From Bacteroidales bacterium (GTDB lineage: Bacteria; Bacteroidota; Bacteroidia; Bacteroidales; PUMT01): DNA of 64,000 bases. Both the position numbers and the translations under genes were made by a program. The notes under the pieces are model-generated. The model saw only the letters and a program-made list of their open reading frames with translations, had not been told where the DNA came from and did no database searches. Positions 30,333 to 39,743 of this stretch are shown here, one piece after another. How positions within the stretch are numbered: position 1 is the stretch's first letter; each line of letters opens with the position of its first letter. The stretch covers positions 1,698 to 65,697 of the forward strand of contig SLPB01000001.1 of the NCBI GenBank assembly GCA_007132225.1. Reading direction: 5' to 3'.

Positions 30333-31763
30333 ATGGAAAGATATATCCTCTTACTGGCAATTATAATACTACCTCTCTGTGAAAGCGCCGGTCAGAGTGG
30401 AGATTTCACAGAGATCAGCCGCCTTCCCTTTACTTCCGACAGGTTTGATGAGTTTGCCCCTGCTTTTTACAGGCAGGGAATTGTATTTACCTCCAACCGC
30501 CGGCTGGGATTTATTATTTCCAGGCAAACAGAGGAGGGTGAAAATCTTTTCAACATCTTTCATTCGGCAAAAAATGAGTCCGGCAGGTGGGAATCACCCG
30601 GACTACTGGATAAAAACCTGAGGAGCAACTATCATGACGGACCGGTGAGTTTTACCCGGGATGGCTCCCGTATTTTTTTTACCAGGAACATACCGGGCAA
30701 TAAGGGTGAGAAGTCAAAACTCGGCATCTTCATCTCAGACTTTCAGGACGGCAAATGGACTGACATAACTCCCTTCCCCTATAACAGCAGCAACTACAAT
30801 GTAACCCACCCGGGAATCAGCAATGATGGAACGAGGCTTTATTTTGCCAGCGACATGCCGGGGGGATTTGGCGGTATGGATATATATGTATCTTTCCTTC
30901 AGGGCCGTACCTGGTCCGCCCCTGAAAATCTGGGGGAAACAATAAATTCTCCGGAAGACGAGGTTTTTCCCTCCCCTCATCATGGCGGACGGCTCTATTT
31001 TTCCTCAGACAGGCATCCGGGAGGCAATCTTGATATCTACTACTCATTTTTAAGAAACAAAAGCTGGCAGCATCCTGTCCGCCTTCCGGAGCCATTCAAC
31101 TCGGATGCTGATGATTTTGGAATTATCGCAGATCCGGAACTTAGAACAGGCTATTTCACATCCAGCAGGGAGGGGACAGACAACATATACTCTTTTGTTT
31201 CAACTTTCCCTTTATTTACAAAGTGTGACAGCATTCGGATTGATGGCCTCTGCTTTGAATTTTATGAACAAAGGGCTGAAAATATTGATACTACAACTTT
31301 TTACCTGGAATGGGATATGGGAGACGGTACACGGATAAGAGGAATGGTGGCTGATCATTGCTTTGATGAACATGGCACATACCGGGTAACTCTTGACCGG
31401 GTGGATATTATTACCGGGGAAACGCAATCCAGCGTGGCAAGTTACGTATTTACAACCCCAAGAACGGAACAGCCATTTATCACCTCCCCCGACACAGCAT
31501 ATGTTAACCGGCAAATCAGGCTGGATGCTTCTGAAACCAGGCTTTCACATGTCGATATTGATGAATATTACTGGGAACTGGGTGACGGCACAAATACCAC
31601 CGGGGAGATTATTACCCATACCTACAGCCATCCGGGTGTGTATGAGGTCCGGCTGGGAGTGCTCGCAAAAGAGGGTTCGGTGCCGGAGCAGCAAAGTTTC
31701 TGTGTTTATAAACACATTGTTGTATTGGAAAATCCCGCCGCCAATACAAAGGATGCCAAATAA
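30333..31763 (+). CDS. Secreted PD40/TolB-like beta-propeller repeat protein with two C-terminal PKD-like domains
   Basis: The ATG at 30333 sits 1 nt after the PorP stop and gives signal peptide MERYILLLAIIILPLCESAG. PD40 units include 'LYFASDMPGGFGGMDIY' and 'LYFSSDRHPGGNLDIY'. PKD cores are 'WDMGDGT..H.F..HGTYRVTL' and 'WELGDGT..HTYSHPGVYEVRL'. Confidence 0.75.
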   Translation: MERYILLLAIIILPLCESAGQSGDFTEISRLPFTSDRFDEFAPAFYRQGIVFTSNRRLGFIISRQTEEGENLFNIFHSAKNESGRWESPGLLDKNLRSNYHDGPVSFTRDGSRIFFTRNIPGNKGEKSKLGIFISDFQDGKWTDITPFPYNSSNYNVTHPGISNDGTRLYFASDMPGGFGGMDIYVSFLQGRTWSAPENLGETINSPEDEVFPSPHHGGRLYFSSDRHPGGNLDIYYSFLRNKSWQHPVRLPEPFNSDADDFGIIADPELRTGYFTSSREGTDNIYSFVSTFPLFTKCDSIRIDGLCFEFYEQRAENIDTTTFYLEWDMGDGTRIRGMVADHCFDEHGTYRVTLDRVDIITGETQSSVASYVFTTPRTEQPFITSPDTAYVNRQIRLDASETRLSHVDIDEYYWELGDGTNTTGEIITHTYSHPGVYEVRLGVLAKEGSVPEQQSFCVYKHIVVLENPAANTKDAK

Positions 31764-32059
31764 AATATTAACATATGAATGCCGCATCAGCCTTCGGCAG
31801 ACAAAACAAGATGAATAAAGCATGCAGGTTCCACTAATTTAATATTAATATTTACTTATGAAACAGTTTTATTTTCCCGCCGTATAAAAAAGAATGACCG
31901 TTAACTATAAAAAAAGCAAGAAAATTAACGAACTGAAACGGAAGTGGTTCCGGTAATTCCACCCAGGCATTTTGCCTGTGTTTTTTATTATTGCTATTTT
32001 ACCGGCTGTAATCAGATAAAAGCAAGATGACAGCGTTAAATCCAGAAAAGCTACATTTC

Positions 32060-33034
32060 ATGAAAAACTATATATTTATTTTCCTGTTTTTAATTTCAGG
32101 AATTTTTTCCCGGGGTTTTTCACAACCGGTACCGGCACAGGATGAGAATATACCCTACCTTGTTACATTCGGGGCTGATGCATGCCCCTCATGGGGAGAT
32201 GATAATTTTACCCAGACGTTTTTTTTCCTTATTCCGGAAGAATATAATGACCCCGTTTATATCAGGGTTTTTAACCCCGCAATTGGTGGAAGCATAGATG
32301 AACTGAACGGTTACTGGGACACAAAAGTCAACTTCTCCGTATACGGAGGCGATGAAGCCTGGTCTCATCCTGACGCCCAGGAAACCCAACCCGTTGGTAA
32401 TTACCGCAGCGGCAACCTGCTTGCCTCAAGAACATTCGGCAACGAGCCTGAATACGATGGCAAATGGTATACCTTCGGACCGTTTGACCCGGCAGAAGGT
32501 GAATACGTGGAGAAATTCCAGGGTAATATTTTCAAAATCATTGCCCAGGGCACAGAAGGCGATGATGGTAACCTTTACCGCTATTTCATGTCAACACAGC
32601 CTGACCAGAATATCCCGGTCGAAGGTGGAAACGCATTTGCATATAGTTATACATTCCGCCTGTGGGATGACCCTGCAGAGGTTTCCCACATTTACCCCTT
32701 TATAGATGAAGAAACAATTTCGGTAAGAGTGTCCAATTTTGACTGGGACTATGACGGGATCATAAGATTGGTATCGGTTGCCAGGCAGGGGCAGATCCTT
32801 AAGGTATCGGGTGATGATGAATGGATCCATGATGAGTTTTCAATATCTTCGGAGGAGCGTAACACCTCTCTGGACCTGCAGTTTCATAAACAGGAGAACC
32901 CTGTTATCAGAAACAACAATGTGGTTATCAATATCCGCAACCAGTATGGTCAGGCACTGCCTTTTTATGTGATACCAATTGGAGGAGTGCCACACTTTAA
33001 TCACAGCATAGGTGTCAGGCCAAGAGATAACTAA
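32060..33034 (+). CDS. Secreted hypothetical protein, no recognisable domain
   Basis: Start at MKNYIFIFLFLISGIFSRGFSQ (signal peptide). About 324 aa, rich in aromatic and acidic residues. It ends 20 nt before the sensor-phosphatase gene. I recognise no motif. Confidence 0.6.
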   Translation: MKNYIFIFLFLISGIFSRGFSQPVPAQDENIPYLVTFGADACPSWGDDNFTQTFFFLIPEEYNDPVYIRVFNPAIGGSIDELNGYWDTKVNFSVYGGDEAWSHPDAQETQPVGNYRSGNLLASRTFGNEPEYDGKWYTFGPFDPAEGEYVEKFQGNIFKIIAQGTEGDDGNLYRYFMSTQPDQNIPVEGGNAFAYSYTFRLWDDPAEVSHIYPFIDEETISVRVSNFDWDYDGIIRLVSVARQGQILKVSGDDEWIHDEFSISSEERNTSLDLQFHKQENPVIRNNNVVINIRNQYGQALPFYVIPIGGVPHFNHSIGVRPRDN

Positions 33035-33054
33035 TAACTTCAAACACCCCGGAA

Positions 33055-36000
33055 ATGTCAATGTTATTTAAAAGGAATAAAAAAGCGAGTTTTTTACTTA
33101 TTCTGATAATTATCACCTTTTCTGTCCAGGCACAGGTTTATCAGTTCCGCAACTATGGCATTGAGCAGGGCTTGCCGCACAGGAACATCTGGACCATTAA
33201 CCAGGATCCCTCAGGTTACATGTGGGTTGGGACAAGCACCGATCTGGCACGTTTTAATGGGTTTGATTTTGAATCCAATCCAACAGGCGATTCCCTGCCC
33301 CCGGATTTTGCAAATAAAAGTTTCTATGATTCAAAGGACAGATTATGGTTCGGTCATAACAACGGAAGCATATCGGTCCTTGAAGAGAACAGGATAACTA
33401 TCCTGGATAATAAAGGCATGCGAACCAGGATAACAGGAATTGCAGAAGACCGGGAAGGGAATATTTTAATTTCATCTCAACAACATGGAATCCTGATTGT
33501 GGACAATGACATGAATATCTCCTTCTTAACGGACATTTTCAGGTCAACGCCGGTAACCTCAATGGCCCTTACAACAACAGGAGAACTGCTTATTGGAACA
33601 TTTGAGGGCTTATACAGCTTTACATACTCACCCGGATCCCAGCCCCATGGTAAAACAAGAATTTCAGGAGTTCCTCAAACTGCAATAGAAACTATACATT
33701 CTTTTAATAATGAAGCAATATTTGTTGGTACAAGAAGCAGGGGACTTTTTTTCCTGACAAGGGAAGAAGATGGAAGGTTCAGTACTGTAAATATCGGAGA
33801 TCATTACGGATTTGGATATACCAATGTACAATCAGTATTTATGGACGACAGGGACGATTTATGGGTATGCACCTGGGGAAGGGGCGTTTACAAGATCAGC
33901 AACCTGTTTGATACTGAAGAGAAAAATGATTTAAAACATATTTCAACAGAAAACGGGTTGGTGGCAAACTTTGTTTATGGGGTTTACCAGGATTTGGAAA
34001 AAAATTACTGGTTTAACACCAATGCGGGTTTATCATTATTAAGTGACGAGACCTTTAGCTTCAACAGGTCTTTTGATGAACCTTTCGGGAAAAACGTACT
34101 TTCCGTATTCTCCGATAAAGAAAATATATGGATTGGGGGAGAGAGCGGACTAATGAGAATATCAAGGGGTCCTGCCGGAAAATCCACCTTCTTTGGAACT
34201 CAACGTGGACTTCCATTTGATATGGTGACTACCATAACCTCGGATTATGAAAATAATATCTGGATAGGGACGGCAAATAACGGCATCTATAAACTAAGTC
34301 AGGGCGGGAATCGCGCAGAACCTTTCCATATATCAGGCAATTCTCTCGAGAATGTAATAAATGATCTGGAATATAATGACAATATTCTTCTGGCCGCTAC
34401 AAACAGTGGTGTTTTTGAATTCAACCTAATAACGGGAGAAAAAACACGCTACGGTACAGATGAAGGATTACCTCACAATGTCATAAACAGTATTTACCAG
34501 GATGACTCAGGTGTAACCTGGGTTGCAACCCGAAGCAACAGGCTGGTTAATTTGCAGGACAAACAACCTTTAAGAATAGCTGATATTGAACTTAACTTTG
34601 TTGCCCTTTCACAGGACAAAAAAGGACGAATATGGACGGCCACAGATGGTAATGGCATCATCATGGTAACCAATGACACAATTATTCAAATTACCGCCGC
34701 TGAGGGCCTGCACTCAAACTTTTGCTACAGTCTCATCACCTGCCGTGAGGGCAATATATGGGTCGGGCACAGGCTTGGATTGAGCAGGATTGATCCTGAC
34801 ACGCATTTTGTACGCACTTACGGTACCGAAAGCTCAATAAGAGGTGATTTTAATCACAACGCCACGCATAAGTCCGCCGACGGTGTTTTGCTGTTCGGTA
34901 CCAGCGAGGGACTTGTTTCATATGATCCTTCAAAAGAGAGATCACGGCAGACCCCGCCTATTCTCAACATTACCTCACTGGTAATCTCAGATGAGGAATA
35001 TGAAATACCAGACAAGGTATCCCTGCCTTACGGGAGCTATAAGCTAAGAATTGAATTCATTGGATTAAATTATTCTGATCCCGAAAAAGTTATCTATCAG
35101 TATAAGCTTGAAGGATATGACCTTGACTGGTCCGAATTATCAGAGCAGCGATTTGCATACTATTCAAGGCTGGATGACGGAAACTTTGAATTCCTTCTCC
35201 GGGCATACAATGCAGAAGGTGTAAAGACCGGGCAGCCACTTAAGCTTGGGATATCCATAGATAAGCCAATCTGGAAAAAATGGTATTTCTTTCTTTTTAT
35301 CGCAGCTTTCTTAGGTTTTGCACTTTTCATTTTTATTAAGATCAGGGAAAGAAACCTTAGACTCGAAAAAGAACGAATTGAGAAAGAACTGGTTATAAGA
35401 ACAAAGGAGGTGGTGGAACAGAAGGTTGAAATAGAACACAAAAACAGGGATATTACCGACAGCATAAATTATGCCCAGAGAATACAGGCCAGCATATTGC
35501 CCCCGATATCAAAAATTGAGGCAAATTTCTCGGAATCATTTGTATTTTATCAGCCCCGTGATATTGTCAGCGGGGACTTTTACTGGTTTGACAGGTTAAA
35601 TGAGAATAAGTTTCTGATCGTATGTGCAGATTCAACCGGGCATGGCGTGCCGGGTGCATTTATGTCCATGATTGGAACAACGCTCATTAAAGATATTTGC
35701 ATGCGTCCCAATGTCACTTCACCCTCAGATGTACTGGAAACACTTGACCGGGAAATTACAAGTACACTGAACCAGAATCTTGATCAAAAAAACAAATCAA
35801 CTGATGGAATGGATATCACTGTCTGTGAATTTGATTTAAAAACCCGCCATCTCAGGTTTGCATCTGCCATGCGGCCGATCATGATGTTGCACAAGGAAGA
35901 ACTTGTTTATATAAGAGGCAGCCGGAATTCCATAGGTGGCTATTACACTGAACACAAGTCCTTTGAAAACCAGCTCTACCAGCTGGATCCCGGAGATATT

Positions 36001-36207
36001 ATTTATCTGTTCTCAGACGGTTATCCTGACCAGTTCGGAGGACCAATTGGTAAAAAATATAAAATGGTACGTCTTAAAAACCTGTTAACCGATATCTGCG
36101 ATAAACCAATGAAGGAACAGTATAAACATGTAAAAAACAACTTCAACCTCTGGAAAGGTGAATACGAGCAGGTGGATGACGTGTTATTTATGGGTATAAA
36201 GGTATAG
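33055..36207 (+). CDS. Sensor protein: periplasmic two-component-regulator beta-propeller repeats + Y_Y_Y domain + TM helix + cytoplasmic PP2C/SpoIIE phosphatase
   Basis: 1050 aa with an N-terminal signal or anchor. Repeated 'W(V/I)GT..GL' propeller blades are present. The Y_Y_Y region is 'YKLRIEFIGLNYSDPEKVIYQYKLEGYDLDW', followed by TM helix 'WYFFLFIAAFLGFALFIFI'. PP2C motifs are 'SGDFYWF', 'VCADSTGHGVPGA', 'DGMDITV' and 'LFSDGYPDQ'. Confidence 0.85.
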   Translation: MSMLFKRNKKASFLLILIIITFSVQAQVYQFRNYGIEQGLPHRNIWTINQDPSGYMWVGTSTDLARFNGFDFESNPTGDSLPPDFANKSFYDSKDRLWFGHNNGSISVLEENRITILDNKGMRTRITGIAEDREGNILISSQQHGILIVDNDMNISFLTDIFRSTPVTSMALTTTGELLIGTFEGLYSFTYSPGSQPHGKTRISGVPQTAIETIHSFNNEAIFVGTRSRGLFFLTREEDGRFSTVNIGDHYGFGYTNVQSVFMDDRDDLWVCTWGRGVYKISNLFDTEEKNDLKHISTENGLVANFVYGVYQDLEKNYWFNTNAGLSLLSDETFSFNRSFDEPFGKNVLSVFSDKENIWIGGESGLMRISRGPAGKSTFFGTQRGLPFDMVTTITSDYENNIWIGTANNGIYKLSQGGNRAEPFHISGNSLENVINDLEYNDNILLAATNSGVFEFNLITGEKTRYGTDEGLPHNVINSIYQDDSGVTWVATRSNRLVNLQDKQPLRIADIELNFVALSQDKKGRIWTATDGNGIIMVTNDTIIQITAAEGLHSNFCYSLITCREGNIWVGHRLGLSRIDPDTHFVRTYGTESSIRGDFNHNATHKSADGVLLFGTSEGLVSYDPSKERSRQTPPILNITSLVISDEEYEIPDKVSLPYGSYKLRIEFIGLNYSDPEKVIYQYKLEGYDLDWSELSEQRFAYYSRLDDGNFEFLLRAYNAEGVKTGQPLKLGISIDKPIWKKWYFFLFIAAFLGFALFIFIKIRERNLRLEKERIEKELVIRTKEVVEQKVEIEHKNRDITDSINYAQRIQASILPPISKIEANFSESFVFYQPRDIVSGDFYWFDRLNENKFLIVCADSTGHGVPGAFMSMIGTTLIKDICMRPNVTSPSDVLETLDREITSTLNQNLDQKNKSTDGMDITVCEFDLKTRHLRFASAMRPIMMLHKEELVYIRGSRNSIGGYYTEHKSFENQLYQLDPGDIIYLFSDGYPDQFGGPIGKKYKMVRLKNLLTDICDKPMKEQYKHVKNNFNLWKGEYEQVDDVLFMGIKV

Positions 36208-36216
36208 GCTCCCATA

Positions 36217-37524
36217 CTATTTTTTCCGGAAAAAAAGCTGCAGGGGCACTCCTGAGAAATTGAAACTTTCCCTCATCCTGTTCTCAAGATACCTTTTGTA
36301 GGGATCTCTTATATATTGCGGCAGGTTGCAAAAGAATGCAAAAGCGGGAGTACTTACCGGCAATTGTGTCACATAGTTTATTTTTATATGCTTGCCTTTA
36401 ACGGCAGGAGGATGAAACTGATCAACCGCTTTGCGCAGAACCTCATTAAGTTTGGATGTGGCGATTCTCTGTTTTCTTCTTCCGTAAACTTCAATGGCAG
36501 TTTCCAGTGTTTTGTGAATTCGCTGTTTTGTCACAGCTGAAGTAAATATCACGGGCACATCTTCAAATGGAGAGATTCGTTCCTTTATTGCCTTTGTAAA
36601 TTCTTTTACCGAGTTGGTCTCTTTCTCAATAACATCCCACTTGTTTACAAGGATCAGCACCCCCTTTTTATTCCTGACTATAAGATTGAAAATATTGACA
36701 TCCTGGGCTTCTATACCTCTTGTGGCATCAATCATCAGAAGACTGACATCAGAATTTTCTATGGCCCGGACTGACCGCATAATAGAATAAAATTCAATAT
36801 TCTCCATCGTCTTTCCTTTCTTGCGCAGGCCAGCAGTATCTACCAGCAGAAATTCATGACCAAACTTTTTATAGTTTGAATAAATCGCATCCCTGGTGGT
36901 GCCTGCAACAGGCGTGACAATATTTCTCTCTTCCCCCAAAAGAGCATTTGTAAGAGAGGACTTGCCCACATTTGGCCTGCCCACGATGGCAAACCTGGGT
37001 ACCTCAGCCAGGTCTTCCTGATCTTCAGGCTTAACATAATCCTTCACCAGTTCATCCAGCAATTCTCCTGTACCTGAGCCGTTAATGGCCGAAACTGTAT
37101 AGATATCACCCAGTCCAAGTCCGTAAAACACACTGGCATCATAATATCGCTGTGAGTTATCAACCTTATTAACAACAACCAGTGTCCTTTTACCACTCTT
37201 CCTGAGGAGACCGGCTATGATCTCATCCAGGTCTGTTATCCCACTAATAACATCCACAACAAACAGTATTGTATCAGATTCCTCCATAGCAAGCAAGACC
37301 TGCTTACGAATCTCTTCTTCAAAAATGTCGTCTGAATTTGTTATGTAACCACCTGTATCTATGAGAGAAAACTCTTTACCGTTCCAGTCCGATTTCCCAT
37401 AATGCCTGTCACGTGTAACACCGGATAGTTCATCAACAATGGCTTTCCTCCCCCCGCATAGGCGGTTGAACAGCGTTGATTTACCCACATTTGGACGCCC
37501 GACTATTGCAACTATATTACTCAT
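36217..37524 (-). CDS. der: Ribosome-biogenesis GTPase Der (EngA)
   Basis: 435 aa with two tandem G domains ('[14 protein letters not shown]' and '[14 protein letters not shown]') and a KH-like C-terminus. Confidence 0.92.
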   Translation of the reverse strand: MSNIVAIVGRPNVGKSTLFNRLCGGRKAIVDELSGVTRDRHYGKSDWNGKEFSLIDTGGYITNSDDIFEEEIRKQVLLAMEESDTILFVVDVISGITDLDEIIAGLLRKSGKRTLVVVNKVDNSQRYYDASVFYGLGLGDIYTVSAINGSGTGELLDELVKDYVKPEDQEDLAEVPRFAIVGRPNVGKSSLTNALLGEERNIVTPVAGTTRDAIYSNYKKFGHEFLLVDTAGLRKKGKTMENIEFYSIMRSVRAIENSDVSLLMIDATRGIEAQDVNIFNLIVRNKKGVLILVNKWDVIEKETNSVKEFTKAIKERISPFEDVPVIFTSAVTKQRIHKTLETAIEVYGRRKQRIATSKLNEVLRKAVDQFHPPAVKGKHIKINYVTQLPVSTPAFAFFCNLPQYIRDPYKRYLENRMRESFNFSGVPLQLFFRKK

Positions 37525-37604
37525 TTTTATTTAATTCTTTGTTTCCGGAAAACTGCCTTGTTTTATATACCTGTAATCAGTATTTAACTTGTATAAAACA
37601 CAAA

Positions 37605-37652
37605 TCACTTATATCCGAACCGTTTAATCTATTTATATCCGAACCGCTTAAG
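37605..37652 (-). repeat. 24-bp tandem duplication covering the last codons and stop of era
   Basis: The minus strand reads ...CTT AAG CGG TTC GGA TAT AAA TAG | ATT AAA CGG TTC GGA TAT AAG TGA, with 19/24 identity. In frame this is LKRFGYK-stop-IKRFGYK-stop. Confidence 0.8.
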
Positions 37653-38507
37653 CTGATAATCCTTTGTCCGCCAATCCTTGTTAACCTTTACATACAACTC
37701 AATAAAAACCTTTTTTCCAAAAAAATCTTCAAGATCCATTCTGGCTGCTGTACCGGTTTTCTTTAATGCCGACCCTTTCTTACCAATTATTATGCCTTTC
37801 TGTGTGTCACGAATAACATGTATAATGGCCCTTATTTTTAATATCTCATCACTATCCAGGAATTCCTCAATCTCGATTTCCGTTGAATATGGAATCTCTT
37901 TCTGATAATTTAGAAAAACCTTTTCCCGTATTATCTCTGAAGCAAAAAACCTTTCTGACTTGTCTGTCAGGGTATCCTTGGGATAGTAGGGTGGTGATTC
38001 CGGCAAAAGTTGCATTATCTGATCGAATAATACATCAAGGTTGAAACGCTCTTTGGCAGACAGGGGAATGATAACAGCATCAGGTAAAGCCCTTTTCCAA
38101 TCCCCGACCAGCTTCTCAAGTCTTTCCTGTGAACCAAGATCTATTTTATTTATAATCAATACAACAGGTATATTCTGTCTATTAAGTTTGTCAACAAGCT
38201 CATGTTTGCCGGTATGATCTCCGTAAATATCTGTCACGTAAAGAATAATATCTGCATCTGAAAGTGCCCTGTAAACAAGCTTCATCATGGAATCATGAAG
38301 CTTATAATTGGGTTGAATAATGCCGGGAGTATCGGAATAGACAATCTGAAAATCTTCACCGTTTACTATTCCCATAATCCTGTGACGTGTAGTCTGGACC
38401 TTGGAGGTGATTATTGAAATACGCTCACCCACAAGTGCATTCATAATGGTGGATTTTCCAACATTTGGAACACCAATAATATTGACAAATCCTGATTTAT
38501 GTGCCAT
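37629..38507 (-). CDS. era: GTPase Era
   Basis: 292 aa with 'GVPNVGKSTIMNAL', 'DTPG', 'NKID' and a C-terminal KH domain. Confidence 0.92.
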   Translation of the reverse strand: MAHKSGFVNIIGVPNVGKSTIMNALVGERISIITSKVQTTRHRIMGIVNGEDFQIVYSDTPGIIQPNYKLHDSMMKLVYRALSDADIILYVTDIYGDHTGKHELVDKLNRQNIPVVLIINKIDLGSQERLEKLVGDWKRALPDAVIIPLSAKERFNLDVLFDQIMQLLPESPPYYPKDTLTDKSERFFASEIIREKVFLNYQKEIPYSTEIEIEEFLDSDEILKIRAIIHVIRDTQKGIIIGKKGSALKKTGTAARMDLEDFFGKKVFIELYVKVNKDWRTKDYQLKRFGYK

Positions 38508-38624
38508 CTCTTTTTCTCATTGGTTACCTGTTTGCCTGATATTAAAGTTATAAATTAATTAAAAAGTGAAAGGATATTACCTCTCAGGCAGGAAGAGTAA
38601 TCATAAAAACCGTTGCCGGGTATA

Positions 38625-39542
38625 TCAGCTGAATATGTTCATTTTAAGCCTGTTTACTTCCTTTTCATCCAAAAACCTCCATTTTCCCCTGGGAAGGTTC
38701 TTTTTGGTCAGGCCGGCAAAAAAAACCCGGTCAAGTTTTACAACCTTGTAATCAAAGTGCTTGAATATTCGCCTTATAATTCTGTTTTTGCCCGAATGGA
38801 TCTGAACACCCACCTGTGATTTATCAGAATCATCTATCCAGCTTATCTCGTCAACCTGCACAGCCCCGTCTTCAAGTTCAATGCCTGAAGCAATCTTCTC
38901 CATATCTTCACGTTCAAGCGGCCTGTCAAGTCCAACCTGGTATATCTTGATTACTTTATGTGAAGGGTGTGTTAGTTTTTTAGTTAATTCTCCATCATTG
39001 GTAAAAAACAACAATCCGGTAGTGTGCCGGTCAAGCCGGCCAACAGGGTAAATCCTCTCCCTGCAGGAATTTCTTACCAGCTCCATTACTGTCCGTTTGG
39101 CATATGGATCATCTACAGTAGTAATATAATCCTTGGGTTTGTTCAGAAGAAGATATATCTTCTTCTCCGGGTTCAGTTTTCTGCCCTTAAACCTGACTAT
39201 ATCTGAATAAGTGACCTTTGTTCCGACTTCTTTAACAAGCTTCTCGTTAACCTTTATATGGCCGGCAAGAATAATCTCATCAGCCTCCCTGCGCGAGCAT
39301 ATACCAGAATTGGCAATATAGCGGTTCAATCTGATCTTTTTTGGTTCCCTGTATGTTTTTCCTGAATCCTGTTCCTTCTTTGTTCCCCTTACTGGAACTT
39401 TTTTATCCCTGTCACGGTCAGTATTCTTGCCATCGGCATTTTTGCCGGCGGCAGATACTTTTTTCTTCTTGTACTTTTCAAAAGGATGCTCCTTCTCCCC
39501 GGATCTTTTTCCGGCCGGTTGGTCTCTTCTCTTTTCCTGCAT
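38625..39542 (-). CDS. RsuA/RluB-family pseudouridine synthase with a lysine-rich N-terminal extension
   Basis: S4 domain 'RLNRYIANSGICSRREADE' and catalytic motif 'GRLDRHTTGLLFFTNDG'. The first ~65 aa are basic and low-complexity. Confidence 0.8.
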   Translation of the reverse strand: MQEKRRDQPAGKRSGEKEHPFEKYKKKKVSAAGKNADGKNTDRDRDKKVPVRGTKKEQDSGKTYREPKKIRLNRYIANSGICSRREADEIILAGHIKVNEKLVKEVGTKVTYSDIVRFKGRKLNPEKKIYLLLNKPKDYITTVDDPYAKRTVMELVRNSCRERIYPVGRLDRHTTGLLFFTNDGELTKKLTHPSHKVIKIYQVGLDRPLEREDMEKIASGIELEDGAVQVDEISWIDDSDKSQVGVQIHSGKNRIIRRIFKHFDYKVVKLDRVFFAGLTKKNLPRGKWRFLDEKEVNRLKMNIFS

Positions 39543-39743
39543 ATTATCCTGTTTTTGTAAATGGTGATATTATCTGCCACTTAATCAACGTGCAAAGGTA
39601 ATGTTTTTCAAGCCATAATTAGATAATAAAATGAAATGATAATCTCAATCCGCTGCAATAACATCATTTCAAAAAAAACGTCGGACTTGTTTCTGAAAAA
39701 ATTGATATAACTTCGCATGACATTAATAATCCAGCCAAGTAAT

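Noticed and set aside
31894-31956. 20-codon basic mini-ORF (MTVNYKKSKKINELKRKWFR) followed by a weak hairpin plus T-run at 31964-31990, in the spacer after the T9SS cassette
   Set aside because: It is too short to evaluate without conservation or ribosome-profiling data. The hairpin has only a 5-bp stem, and the sequence may simply be the AT-rich 3' UTR of the cassette.
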